Part shown: piece by piece, positions 9,377-18,349 of the stretch
Layout: every line of letters begins with the position of its first letter
Position numbering within the stretch: the stretch's first letter is position 1
Assembly: GCA_002011035.2 (NCBI GenBank)
Contig: MTLY02000001.1
Location: 192,001-256,000, forward strand
Source of the DNA: Candidatus Hecatella orcuttiae
GTDB taxonomy: Archaea > Thermoproteota > Bathyarchaeia > Hecatellales > Hecatellaceae
Length of the DNA stretch: 64,000 bases
Direction of reading: 5' to 3'
The notes under the pieces: model-generated
Told to the model about the DNA's origin: nothing
What the model saw: only the letters and a program-made list of their open reading frames with translations
The model's database searches: none
Program-made: the position numbers and the translations under genes

Positions 9377-10339
9377 TCAAAGACCTATTATCTTCCTCAG
9401 CTGATCGACGGCGTCCTCCATGTTACCTGCCTCCAAACATTCCACCCGAAATTTGGATGCGAAAACCCGGGCTTCCCTTTCAAGTTTAGGTATGGCAACG
9501 AATATACCGTGGAAGCCCTTTGTTTTCACGTCGAAAAATTTGGCTAAAAATTTCAACAGGTCGTCAACGGTTACAGTCAGCCCTCCCTTTTCTTCCACTT
9601 CCACAATGAGTTCTCTGCGAGAAGGCCCTGAGTTTTTGGCTACGATATCGAACATGTGGAAGCTTCCTGATTTACCTTCCAGCTCATAGAAGCATTCCAC
9701 GGAGAAGCCTCCCCGTTTCAGCGCTTCAGCCATGGGCTCGACGTAGAGCAGCGCCTTCCTCACCTCGTTTCTCCTAGCCTCGTTAAACCGGTAGGAGTAA
9801 ACGTTTTCCCTCCGCGCCTCCGTAGGCCTGAAGGAGCGGTCGCATACCTTGCAAACCCACCGTTCAAAGGGAAGGTGGAAGAATTCTCCACATTCTAAGC
9901 ATTTGAAAGCCATGCCGGGATTGCCGTAGTCAACACCAATCTGCCTGAGAACCCGATTGCATCGCGGGCATCTGACAGATGAGGCTTCTTTCCAAAATTT
10001 TTCCTCAAAATCTATGTAGCTACATGAATAATGGACGAGGACGTTCCCCTCTGTATAGTCGGCTGATTTGCATTTCGGACATAAAAGTTGGGGGCGGATG
10101 TCCGCGGAGAAACATTGAGGGCACTTGAAGATGTTGTCGGAAACTTTTCTATGCAGAAAACCCTCCTCCCCCAGTTTTTCAAGAAGTTGAGCAGCTTCCT
10201 CGTCTGAGCTTTCCAACTCTCTCAGGGAAGGATAGGTCACTCGGTTCGCTGTGACCTTGGCGTGAATTTCGGAGATCTGCCCTGTCACCAGTTTATATAA
10301 AAGCCTCAAGGCCAACGAGTTCTGCAGCAACGCTTCCAA
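9377..10339 (-). CDS. TackOD1-like multi-Zn-ribbon protein with C-terminal Mrr/restriction-endonuclease-like domain
   Basis: YP plus wHTH, then CPQC, CPKC, HYSC, CPRC, IGVDY, CLEC, CKVC; C-terminal GKSGSFHMFDIVAK...IFVAIP. Confidence 0.75.
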   Translation of the reverse strand: MEALLQNSLALRLLYKLVTGQISEIHAKVTANRVTYPSLRELESSDEEAAQLLEKLGEEGFLHRKVSDNIFKCPQCFSADIRPQLLCPKCKSADYTEGNVLVHYSCSYIDFEEKFWKEASSVRCPRCNRVLRQIGVDYGNPGMAFKCLECGEFFHLPFERWVCKVCDRSFRPTEARRENVYSYRFNEARRNEVRKALLYVEPMAEALKRGGFSVECFYELEGKSGSFHMFDIVAKNSGPSRRELIVEVEEKGGLTVTVDDLLKFLAKFFDVKTKGFHGIFVAIPKLEREARVFASKFRVECLEAGNMEDAVDQLRKIIGL

Positions 10340-10615
10340 CAGGGCTACCTCCAGTCTTCCGAAAAACGCGAAGGGGCGGTTTTACTTTAACATCTTCTTG
10401 TCTAGGTTGGATATAAAGTTAGGATGAGCGATCCAGGCTTTCCTCGAAGAATTTCATGGTGCTCTACAATGTTTAACTCTAAACATAGGTAGTGAAAATG
10501 ATGCTTTTCTGGAGGGGGAATTAGAATTTATTTGGCAAAATCAACGGCTCTTTTCAGGCTTTTCGCTTGAAACGAAAGATAAAAGAAACTTGCGCAAGAA
10601 TAAGGGGGAGTAAAC

Positions 10616-11083
10616 ATGGTTCAGCCGTCAGGGGAGAGACAGTATCCCTCCTATCCGCGTGTAGGTGTAGGTGCTCTAATAAGGTGCGGAGAACAGGTTC
10701 TCTTAGTGAGAAGGAAATTTGAGCCGGGAAAGGGGCTGTGGTCTATTCCCGGCGGGCTGGTGGAGCTGGGGGAACGTCTGGAAGAGGCTGTTAGGCGGGA
10801 GGTAAAAGAAGAAACAGGTTTAGATGTCGCTATAGAAAACTTGATCAACGTAGGTGAGGTCATTGAAGCTGACGGTGAAGGGAGGATTCTCTTCCACTAC
10901 GTCCTCATCGACTATTCAGCTCGACCTGTGGGGGGAAGGCTTACCGGAAGCCCGGAGTCCTTGGAGGTGAAATGGGTTAAAGCAAGGGAAATCTCCCGCT
11001 ACAAGACCACCAAAGCTTTGCAGAGGTTGCTTAAGAAGCTGGGCTACCTCCCTAAAGAAGAAAAGGAGAGGTGGAAAGGATGA
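10616..11083 (+). CDS. NUDIX hydrolase
   Basis: Nudix box GGLVELGERLEEAVRREVKEETGL. Confidence 0.93.
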   Translation: MVQPSGERQYPSYPRVGVGALIRCGEQVLLVRRKFEPGKGLWSIPGGLVELGERLEEAVRREVKEETGLDVAIENLINVGEVIEADGEGRILFHYVLIDYSARPVGGRLTGSPESLEVKWVKAREISRYKTTKALQRLLKKLGYLPKEEKERWKG

Positions 11084-12129
11084 TGGGAAAGCTTTTCAGC
11101 AGCCTATCCTGCCTCCTAACTCCTTACAAGCCTCACCCTTACCATGTCCAGTGGTTTCTCACGGGAAAATGCAACTATCGCTGCCGAACATGCCAGATTT
11201 GGAGTCAGCCTCAAACCCGAGAGTTAACCGTCGAAGAAGTCAAGAGAGGCATCGACATCCTGCACGCCATGGGCGTGGTGGACTTGGTTTTCACCGGAGG
11301 GAATCCTCTCCTACGCGGGGATATTGCTGAAATTTTGAAATACGCCCATCCAAAGTTTCCTCTGGTCACCATTTACGATAACGGCAGCTTAGCCTCCAAG
11401 AAGCTAGACATCCTCCGCCATGCGGACAGGGTGTGCATCAGCCTTCACTCTCTTAACCCTGCGCTTCAAAACGCCATAGCCGGCGTGCCCAACGCCTTCC
11501 GGGAAGCCATGCAGTCCATTCTCCTTCTGAAAAAGAAAGGCTTGGGAGTTGTGGTGGCGGTTACTGTGGCAGGGAACAACATTCACGAGGTCCCTGCCTT
11601 GATTGAGTATTTCGGTGAGAGGGAGATCCCCGTCATTTTAGCCCTCTACAGCGACCTATCCTCCGAGGACAGTCTTGTGAAGATCGGAACGCCTGACCCT
11701 TGCTCTCAATTTCATGACGGCGAAAGTTTGCGGAAGTTTTTCCAGAGCCTCCGGGAGCTTAAGAGAAGATATCCGGTTCATCTGGACTTCAAGACTTTAG
11801 AGGCCTTGGAGGCCTTTTTCTCGGAGGGTAGGAGAAACTGGCAGTGTCAAGCTCTGAGCTCCTTCTTCATGGTAAACGAGTTAGGCTGGGTTTCAGGCTG
11901 CCATGTCATGCCACCTGTCTGCCGTCTGGGGGAGCTGCCTTCCCTTTGGGGTTCTGAAAAATTCGCGGAGCTGAGGGAAAACTGCAAGCTGTGCGAAAAA
12001 TGCCTCTACTTGTGCTACGTAGCCTATTCCCACATCCGGAGGGCTCGAAACTTGGCTGAATACCTCTGGGACTACAAGCGCTACATGTGGGAAAGATTCC
12101 TCCTCACGCTGTCTTCTGAGAAAGGGTGA
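11080..12129 (+). CDS. Radical SAM protein with C-terminal Cys-rich (SPASM/twitch-like) domain
   Basis: CNYRCRTC, TGGNP, C-terminal CQAL..GC..CKLCEKCLYLC; ATGA overlap with the NUDIX gene. Confidence 0.88.
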   Translation: MMGKLFSSLSCLLTPYKPHPYHVQWFLTGKCNYRCRTCQIWSQPQTRELTVEEVKRGIDILHAMGVVDLVFTGGNPLLRGDIAEILKYAHPKFPLVTIYDNGSLASKKLDILRHADRVCISLHSLNPALQNAIAGVPNAFREAMQSILLLKKKGLGVVVAVTVAGNNIHEVPALIEYFGEREIPVILALYSDLSSEDSLVKIGTPDPCSQFHDGESLRKFFQSLRELKRRYPVHLDFKTLEALEAFFSEGRRNWQCQALSSFFMVNELGWVSGCHVMPPVCRLGELPSLWGSEKFAELRENCKLCEKCLYLCYVAYSHIRRARNLAEYLWDYKRYMWERFLLTLSSEKG

Positions 12130-12158
12130 AAATTCTCTCTTTTGCGGGAGCCGAGGGT

Positions 12159-13745
12159 TCAGGAGATTACAGCTTCAATCCCGATGAAAGTCGGCCCTTT
12201 CACGTGGATTCTTTTGTTTCTGCCGGTTATGTAGCGTTGGGCGGAGGGTTGAAGTTTCACGTTTACATCACTGGGCTGCTTGGCCAGCCGAACACGGACC
12301 GTCAGTTTACCCAGCTGGGCTTTCTCCAGCATTCTTTCGATTTTGGCAGCTGCTCCAGCGGCCACAGCCTCCAGGTAACGTATGCCCGTGGAGACACCGT
12401 GTTCTCGGGCTTCCCCCACCAATGGGTCTTCTCCCAGTCCCTGCCGGGGGATGCCTAGGATGTTTCCTTGGTAGACGTAGATGGTGTTGAGGGCAGCAGG
12501 CCCCAGAAGCATGGCTTTGGGGTCAGGTTCGAAGACAGTGACCTCCAGTTTTCTCCCGGAAACCTCCCCTTTGAAGGCTGTGAACCTGCAGGGGCTTTTC
12601 TCGCAGGCGTGGGTTAGGGCTGTTTGAACGATGGCGTCCATGATTTTCTTCCCCTCCTCAGTCCGGGGCTTCTCGTCCACCTCCACCATGCGGGCTAGTT
12701 CTTCGTCGCTGTATTCTTTTTTCTCGTAGAACTGGGGGTAACTGAGCCTTCGAATGTCCTTTTCACCGTGGAGGAGCATGGCCAGCCTTTCCACGCCTAG
12801 GCCTACGTTGAAGACGGGGTGAGCGATGTTGTAGTTGGCCAGAGCCACCGGTGAGTAGAGGCCTTGGTCTCCCACCTCAATCCAGTCTTCGCCGCTTCTC
12901 ACGAAGACTTCCATCTCCGTCTGGGGGGCATAGTATTTGCCAGTGGCCTTCTTCACCGCAAACCTGACCTCTTCAAACCCCAACTCGGCGAGAACATGCC
13001 TCGTTAACGCGGAGCCGTCTTCCAAAGTCAAGTCCGCGGCCAACACTGCGGCGGAGGCGACGAGGGATTCGTAGAGGTGAAGGGGGTCAAGCTTCTGCTC
13101 CCTCCTGTATTTGAGGCCGATAGAAAAGACCTTGAGGGGGAGAGTCCGCTTATGTTGAAGCTCAGCTAGGGTGGGAAACCAGAGGGCGGTCATGTGGGAC
13201 CTCAATATCTGCTTGGTGGGCTTGGGTTGAAGTTTCAAGAGCTCAGGGAAGAGGCCGAGGAGGGCTGTAGCCTGTTCGGGGGCTAAGCCCAGTTTCTCCA
13301 CCAGCTCCTCCGCCAGGCTTCCTCCTTCAACCTTACCTTCTTTGTAGGCTCTGAAAACCTTGCAGAGTTCTTCCACCTGTCTGTCAGTGAAGCTGGGGAT
13401 AAGTCTTCTAATGTTTGAAAGGGTTTTGGCGTTAAGCCCTAGCTCAGGCCGGGGAAGCTCAGCCAAGTAGAAGCAGCGGTCTAGGATGACTGGCGCCTCA
13501 GGGCCGTATTGCTTGTAGACTTCCGCCTCCCCCACGATGGTGGGGTTTAACACTTCCTCGAAGCCTAGGTTGAGGAAGACGGTTCTAAGCCGCTCCACCA
13601 AGTCGAGGACCGGGTGGCTTTTTCCCTTTTCCCTCACCCACTCCACGCTTCGACCCTTAAGCTTCAGCCACCGCCCTGTCTCAAGCCAGGCCTTTTCAAA
13701 GTCTTTTTTGGCCATCCTTTGAATGTTTTTCACGTCGAACTCCAT
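12159..13745 (-). CDS. sepS: O-phosphoseryl-tRNA(Cys) synthetase (SepRS)
   Basis: MEFD..DFEKAW, GKSHP, YKQYGPEAPVILDRCFYLA.LPRP, LRSHMT, GLGVERLAM, LLGPAALN. Start 13745 overlaps the translin stop (TGATG). Confidence 0.95.
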   Translation of the reverse strand: MEFDVKNIQRMAKKDFEKAWLETGRWLKLKGRSVEWVREKGKSHPVLDLVERLRTVFLNLGFEEVLNPTIVGEAEVYKQYGPEAPVILDRCFYLAELPRPELGLNAKTLSNIRRLIPSFTDRQVEELCKVFRAYKEGKVEGGSLAEELVEKLGLAPEQATALLGLFPELLKLQPKPTKQILRSHMTALWFPTLAELQHKRTLPLKVFSIGLKYRREQKLDPLHLYESLVASAAVLAADLTLEDGSALTRHVLAELGFEEVRFAVKKATGKYYAPQTEMEVFVRSGEDWIEVGDQGLYSPVALANYNIAHPVFNVGLGVERLAMLLHGEKDIRRLSYPQFYEKKEYSDEELARMVEVDEKPRTEEGKKIMDAIVQTALTHACEKSPCRFTAFKGEVSGRKLEVTVFEPDPKAMLLGPAALNTIYVYQGNILGIPRQGLGEDPLVGEAREHGVSTGIRYLEAVAAGAAAKIERMLEKAQLGKLTVRVRLAKQPSDVNVKLQPSAQRYITGRNKRIHVKGPTFIGIEAVIS

Positions 13746-14434
13746 CACGCAGGCTTCTCCTTGAAGGTTTCGGAGCTGAGTCTTCTTTCGCTTCTCCTCA
13801 AGGCCTCCTCCAACCTTTGCTGGCGACGCTCCAAGACCACTTCGCTGGCGGTCAGCTCCAGAAGGTGGCGGATTACGTCGCATTTCCGCCTCAGCCCGGG
13901 TAAGACGTGGAAGGCTTGCTCGTTGAGGGCTGTAAGCTCGTTGTAGATGGCCTCCATCACCCGGAAACGTCTCTCAGCCCCCTCCACATCGTGGTTTAGG
14001 AGGGCTGTCAAAACTCCCCGCCTCAGCTCTCCGGGGACGTCCGCCAATCCTAGGATGTAGGAGCCGAGGTCCACCTTCACCTCCTCCAAGGTGGGGCATG
14101 TTCCCCGCTCCTCCAAGGCCAAGAGGATGAAGGCCTCAGCGAACTCTTGACACGCAGCTGAGAGCGCTCCGCTGTGGCGGAGCTCCGGAGCCTCTTCCAG
14201 CTTCCTCATCAGCCGGCGGATCATTTTACCCGCCTTTTTCAATCCAGCTTTGGCCTTGGGGATGCGACCTTGAAAGATGAGCGTGGTGGCCTCCTTGGAG
14301 ACGCGGGTTATCCTCCTAGACTCAGCCAGCATCTTCTCCCTCAGCTCGTTTTTAGCCTTCAGCTCTCTTCTCAAAAGGCCTACAGCCTTTCTCAGGGACT
14401 TTTCCGCGGAGGTTCCTTTTTCCAGTTTTTTCAC
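13745..14434 (-). CDS. Translin/TRAX family (archaeal C3PO-like) protein
   Basis: LRE..L..SR.I.R.S, QEFAE, YILGLADVPGELRR, LRRKCD motifs. Confidence 0.9.
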   Translation of the reverse strand: MKKLEKGTSAEKSLRKAVGLLRRELKAKNELREKMLAESRRITRVSKEATTLIFQGRIPKAKAGLKKAGKMIRRLMRKLEEAPELRHSGALSAACQEFAEAFILLALEERGTCPTLEEVKVDLGSYILGLADVPGELRRGVLTALLNHDVEGAERRFRVMEAIYNELTALNEQAFHVLPGLRRKCDVIRHLLELTASEVVLERRQQRLEEALRRSERRLSSETFKEKPA

Positions 14435-15393
14435 CGCAACTTCCTCTCTCCGTCATGCCGGCTGAGGAGGGCCACCCGGCTTTCCGGGGCCTCATCCACC
14501 ACCCTGTAGCCCGTCAGGGCGCTTAAGCTTTCCGCGAAGCGCCGGACATCCCCGTGGCTGGGCATGCTTTCGTAAGGAAGTCTCCTCCGAGAGAAACCCA
14601 CGTACATGTAGGCTTTGGCCTCCACGTAGGTGGGCTCTGTCTTGGCGATGATGCGAGCGTAGCCTTCAGGGTCCTCCATGTTTCTTCCCCGAACCAGCGT
14701 CAGCCTGAGAACCCGGGGGCAGCGGAAGCTCCTCGCCCACTCCAAGGCCTCCATAACCCTCTGCCATGCTTGGGGAACCCGAGGCCGGCAAAGCCTGATG
14801 AACGTCCTTTCCTCCGGAGCGTAAAGGGATAGATAGAGCTGGCTGGGCTCGGTGGGGAGGCGGCTTAGGGCTTGAGGCGCGGTGCCGCTGGTCACCAAGA
14901 AGGTGGTCATCCCCCGGCGGTGAAAGCATTCGATGAGCTCCCCCAGCCGGGGGTAGAGGGTGGGCTCTCCGGTGAGGCTGATGGCGGCGTGGGCTGGGTT
15001 GAGGGCTTCCCGGTATTTTTCAGGGCTGATTTCCCGGTGAGCCTTATAGCCGCTGAGGATGCGCCTCTGCGCTTTGAGGCTTTCCTCCACGATGAACTCC
15101 GGGCTGTCGACAGCGGGCAGGGCTGCCTCGTTCTCCCTCATCCTCAACCCCAAGTCTTCGGGGTGAATTCTCCAGCAGAAAAGACATTGGAGGAGGCAGT
15201 GGTAGGCCACAGGGGTCATTTGAAGGCATCGGTGAGACTGGATGCCATAGAACTTCTGCTTGTAGCAAACTCTGCCGTGGACGAGGCTTTGGTGAAGCCA
15301 GCTGCACTTTTTCACAGCCGAATGAGCGCCCACCAGCTGGTAGCGCTCCCGCCTCATCCTCGCCGCCAGAGCTTCCAGCACCGTTTTTTCCAT
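14431..15393 (-). CDS. taw1: 4-demethylwyosine synthase (radical SAM)
   Basis: HSAVKKCSW, CYKQKFYGIQSHRCLQMTP, CLLQCLFCWR, AISLTGEPTLYP, YMYVGFSRRRL. Confidence 0.96.
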   Translation of the reverse strand: MEKTVLEALAARMRRERYQLVGAHSAVKKCSWLHQSLVHGRVCYKQKFYGIQSHRCLQMTPVAYHCLLQCLFCWRIHPEDLGLRMRENEAALPAVDSPEFIVEESLKAQRRILSGYKAHREISPEKYREALNPAHAAISLTGEPTLYPRLGELIECFHRRGMTTFLVTSGTAPQALSRLPTEPSQLYLSLYAPEERTFIRLCRPRVPQAWQRVMEALEWARSFRCPRVLRLTLVRGRNMEDPEGYARIIAKTEPTYVEAKAYMYVGFSRRRLPYESMPSHGDVRRFAESLSALTGYRVVDEAPESRVALLSRHDGERKLR

Positions 15394-15492
15394 GATCCCT
15401 TTTCCGTCTCGTTTGCGGTTTTGTGTTAATTTAAAAAAGAGAGGGGTCCTTTAAAAAGAGTTTAGCCTCGAGGGGGCCAAATCGGCTTTGTG

Positions 15493-15960
15493 TTAGATTT
15501 CTTGCATGGCCGCTGTGAACAGTAACACGACGATGCCTAAAGACAGATTGAGCTTTACCAACAACACTATTCGACTTAGCAGCTCCCTCATTTCCGACGG
15601 TAGCTTCGTTGATCCGGTTTGAGAGACAAGTTTCCTCAGTTTTGGGAAAAGGATGAAGCTGATCATGGCGACGATGAAAACCATTGCTGTTACAATTGCA
15701 TGTTTAACCGATAACAGGATTCCATAGTTCAAATTCGTAGGAGTTGCGGTGAGAATGCCGGTGACTATGAGAGTGAATATGCTTATCCAGGCGAGGTAAA
15801 GAAAGCGGCTTAAAACCTGATCCACAAGCTTAACGCGCTGCTGCGGGTCTACTATCGCTAACGAGGGGCGTAATATTACGATGTTGAAGAACATACCTCC
15901 GATCCACACGGTAGTCGCCAGTAGATGAAGCCAGTCCATGACCACATTAATGATGTTCAT
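15493..15960 (-). CDS. CopD/DUF4149-like four-TM membrane protein
   Basis: WLHLLATTVWIGG, LIVTG, L.VK motifs; hydrophobic segments. Confidence 0.75.
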   Translation of the reverse strand: MNIINVVMDWLHLLATTVWIGGMFFNIVILRPSLAIVDPQQRVKLVDQVLSRFLYLAWISIFTLIVTGILTATPTNLNYGILLSVKHAIVTAMVFIVAMISFILFPKLRKLVSQTGSTKLPSEMRELLSRIVLLVKLNLSLGIVVLLFTAAMQEI

Positions 15961-15993
15961 TTATTCCATCTCAAATCCATGGAAAAGATTCTA

Positions 15994-16053
15994 CTACTTC
16001 GCCTTCGCTCTTTTCGTACTTTTCCCGTTTCTGCTTAAACATTCTATACACAT
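15994..16053 (-). CDS. Putative 19-aa CxxC micro-peptide (MCIECLSRNGKSTKRAKAK)
   Basis: ATG 16053, SD-like GAGGCG at 16061-16066, double TAG stop; lies just upstream of the CopD-like gene. Confidence 0.45.
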   Translation of the reverse strand: MCIECLSRNGKSTKRAKAK

Positions 16054-16203
16054 TTTTTATCGCCTCTTTGATATACTTTAGAAAATTAATATAAAATATG
16101 AAGTATTTAAATCACCAAGTTTAAAGCATAATAGCAGATATGGTAGAGGAGAGTCAGTATACTGAAGAAAAGTAAAGATGTCTGCGCAACACGAAACGGG
16201 GAA

Positions 16204-16536
16204 GTGTGCCTTTGCCACCTTGGGGACGTCATAGAGATTATTAGCAGAAGATGGGCACCGCAAATCATTGCTGTGATAGGTAACAACCCGAAGTTAAGGT
16301 TCAACAGGCTCATGGGAAAACTGGGCAAGATAAGCCCGAAGACCTTGAGTGATAGATTAAAGGAACTGGAAACGGCTGGCCTGATTAGGAGAGAGTTCTT
16401 TGCAGAGATACCCCCAAGAGTGGAGTACACCCTTACCAAAGACGGGATGGAACTGAGGAATGCGCTGGCACCACTGATGGAGTGGGCGTCCTCGAAAAAT
16501 CTACGAAAGAGACAGCCAGAGTTTTCCTCGAAATAG
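16204..16536 (+). CDS. HxlR-family winged-helix transcriptional regulator
   Basis: IISRRW, LRFN.L...ISPKTLSDRLKELE, EIPPRVEYTLT. Confidence 0.92.
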   Translation: MCLCHLGDVIEIISRRWAPQIIAVIGNNPKLRFNRLMGKLGKISPKTLSDRLKELETAGLIRREFFAEIPPRVEYTLTKDGMELRNALAPLMEWASSKNLRKRQPEFSSK

Positions 16537-16682
16537 CAAGCTTATTACCAGTGCACTTACATGCTACTACCGAACGAGGGCTTGGAACCACGATTGAACT
16601 CGCCAAACTTTTCTGTGCAATAAAGCAGAAGAACGGGGCGATATCAAACTACTTCAGTTTTGCAGCTACATCAGGCGACAGG

Positions 16683-17690
16683 TCAGTCGTAGAGTCCGCT
16701 GTTGGGGGTGCGATACTCGGGGGGGCACTCGGTTCCGTTGAGGAAGGCGAATTCTTCAATCCAACCGTAGAGGACTGGGTCGCTTCCTGTTTCAATCAGC
16801 TCCACAGCCGGGTGGAAGAGAGGCCTCCCATAGGCGTCCACACCGTAGTCTCCGATGATCCCCTGGCCTTCCGGGGAGGTTAGGAATTTTATGAAGGCGA
16901 TGGCGCCCTCTAGGTTGGTGTGGGGGTTGGCTTCAGGGTTGACGGCTATGGCACTGTAGACGTTCAGCAACTCCCGGCCCTGGGTTACCAGCATCTTCAG
17001 GCTCACATGCCCCTCCGCGGAGTATTTCAGGTAGGTGCCCATGTCCGCCAGCGTGTAGCTGTTTTTCTCCTCCGCCAGCAGGAGGGTTTTACCCATGCCG
17101 GCTCCGGACTCCAGATACCAGTCTTCTCCGCGAAGCTCCTCCACCCTGAAGCCCGCTGCCTCCCACAGGGCTATCTCCTTGAGGTGGGTTCCAGACCTGT
17201 CGCCTCGGGACACCCAGGTGGCCGCCCCCCGCTTCCCTGCTTCCGCAATCTTCTCCATGGCTTGGGCGGGCGGCAGGCCTTCTATCCCCGCAGGGTCCTC
17301 GGCGGGGCCGACGATGGTGAAGAAGTTGTAGGCGATTATCTTCCTGTCGACGCCGTATCCCTCTTGGAGGAAGGCGAACTCGACGGAGGGGGCGTGGACG
17401 AGGATCATGTCCGCGTCGCCTCGTTGGGCTTGCTGGATGGCTAAACCAGTGCCAGCGGAGATGAAGTAAAGGTCTACGGCGTACTCCGCCTCAAACCGGT
17501 CTTCAAGGACGTCCAGAAGGCCGGTGTCGTAGAGGCTTGTGGTGGTGGAGACGACCAAGGTTTCTCTGGAAGGGGACGGGCCTAGGATTCCCGCCCAGTG
17601 GAGGGTTAGGCCGAGGGCTGCTACAAGCAAGATGGCGATTAGGATGGGTTTTCTCGTACGGCTTTCACCGTTATTTCCAGTTAAACACAA
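16683..17690 (-). CDS. tupA: Tungstate ABC transporter substrate-binding protein
   Basis: STTTSLYDTGLL (TTTS signature), GTG.A, LVHAP, SRGDRSGTH, YTLADMGT, LLNVY. Confidence 0.92.
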   Translation of the reverse strand: MCLTGNNGESRTRKPILIAILLVAALGLTLHWAGILGPSPSRETLVVSTTTSLYDTGLLDVLEDRFEAEYAVDLYFISAGTGLAIQQAQRGDADMILVHAPSVEFAFLQEGYGVDRKIIAYNFFTIVGPAEDPAGIEGLPPAQAMEKIAEAGKRGAATWVSRGDRSGTHLKEIALWEAAGFRVEELRGEDWYLESGAGMGKTLLLAEEKNSYTLADMGTYLKYSAEGHVSLKMLVTQGRELLNVYSAIAVNPEANPHTNLEGAIAFIKFLTSPEGQGIIGDYGVDAYGRPLFHPAVELIETGSDPVLYGWIEEFAFLNGTECPPEYRTPNSGLYD

Positions 17691-17721
17691 CGAATTTTTA
17701 TATAAGCTTTACCAAACTAAG

Positions 17722-18276
17722 ATGGCGGAGGCTATGTTCTCGGTCTTCAGAGTCTGGCTGGAGCGCGACGGCAAACACATCATAGGAAAGGGAGGTGTGG
17801 AAATCCTCGAGGCTATCGACAAAACCGGCTCCCTCACGAAGGCGGCTGAGAAGGCGAAGATGTCCTACAAGTACCTCTGGGACTACCTCACCGCCATGGA
17901 GAAAAACCTAGGACAGCCGGTGGTGGCGACGAGGAAGGGGGGAAGCTTCGGAGGCGGAGGAGCGGAGCTCACCGAGGCGGGTAGGGCGCTTCTCCGAGAG
18001 TACAGACGCATCGACGAATATTTGAGGCGGGCTCTGGAAGACCCTGAACGCTGGGAGGCGATAGGTTTGAAGATAAGCGCTAGAAACCGGTTGAAGGGCC
18101 GGGTGAAGAAAGTCACCAAGGGCGCTGTGACTGCCAGCGTGAAGATAGAAGTCGAAGGCCCCGTGACCCTTACGGCGGTGATCACGAAGGAGGCGGCGGA
18201 GGAGCTTAAACTGAAGCCGGGAGACAGGGTCTACGGGGTGGTGAAGGCAACCGAAGTCATGATCGCCAAAGAATAA
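17722..18276 (+). CDS. ModE-like molybdate/tungstate regulator (wHTH plus TOBE/Mop)
   Basis: GSLTKAA...MSYK..W, GG..GGGAELT, SARNRLKG, VKATEVMI; divergent from tupA. Confidence 0.9.
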   Translation: MAEAMFSVFRVWLERDGKHIIGKGGVEILEAIDKTGSLTKAAEKAKMSYKYLWDYLTAMEKNLGQPVVATRKGGSFGGGGAELTEAGRALLREYRRIDEYLRRALEDPERWEAIGLKISARNRLKGRVKKVTKGAVTASVKIEVEGPVTLTAVITKEAAEELKLKPGDRVYGVVKATEVMIAKE

Positions 18277-18349
18277 AACCTCAGAGACCATAACAGATAG
18301 TGCCCACACGGCGAAAGGAATCGAAATATTATATCTTCTTTCAATCTTT

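Noticed and set aside
16178-16204. Possible frameshift in a G-run at the HxlR N-terminus (upstream ATG out of frame)
   Set aside because: GTG 16204 already yields a complete HxlR domain; this cannot be resolved without reads.
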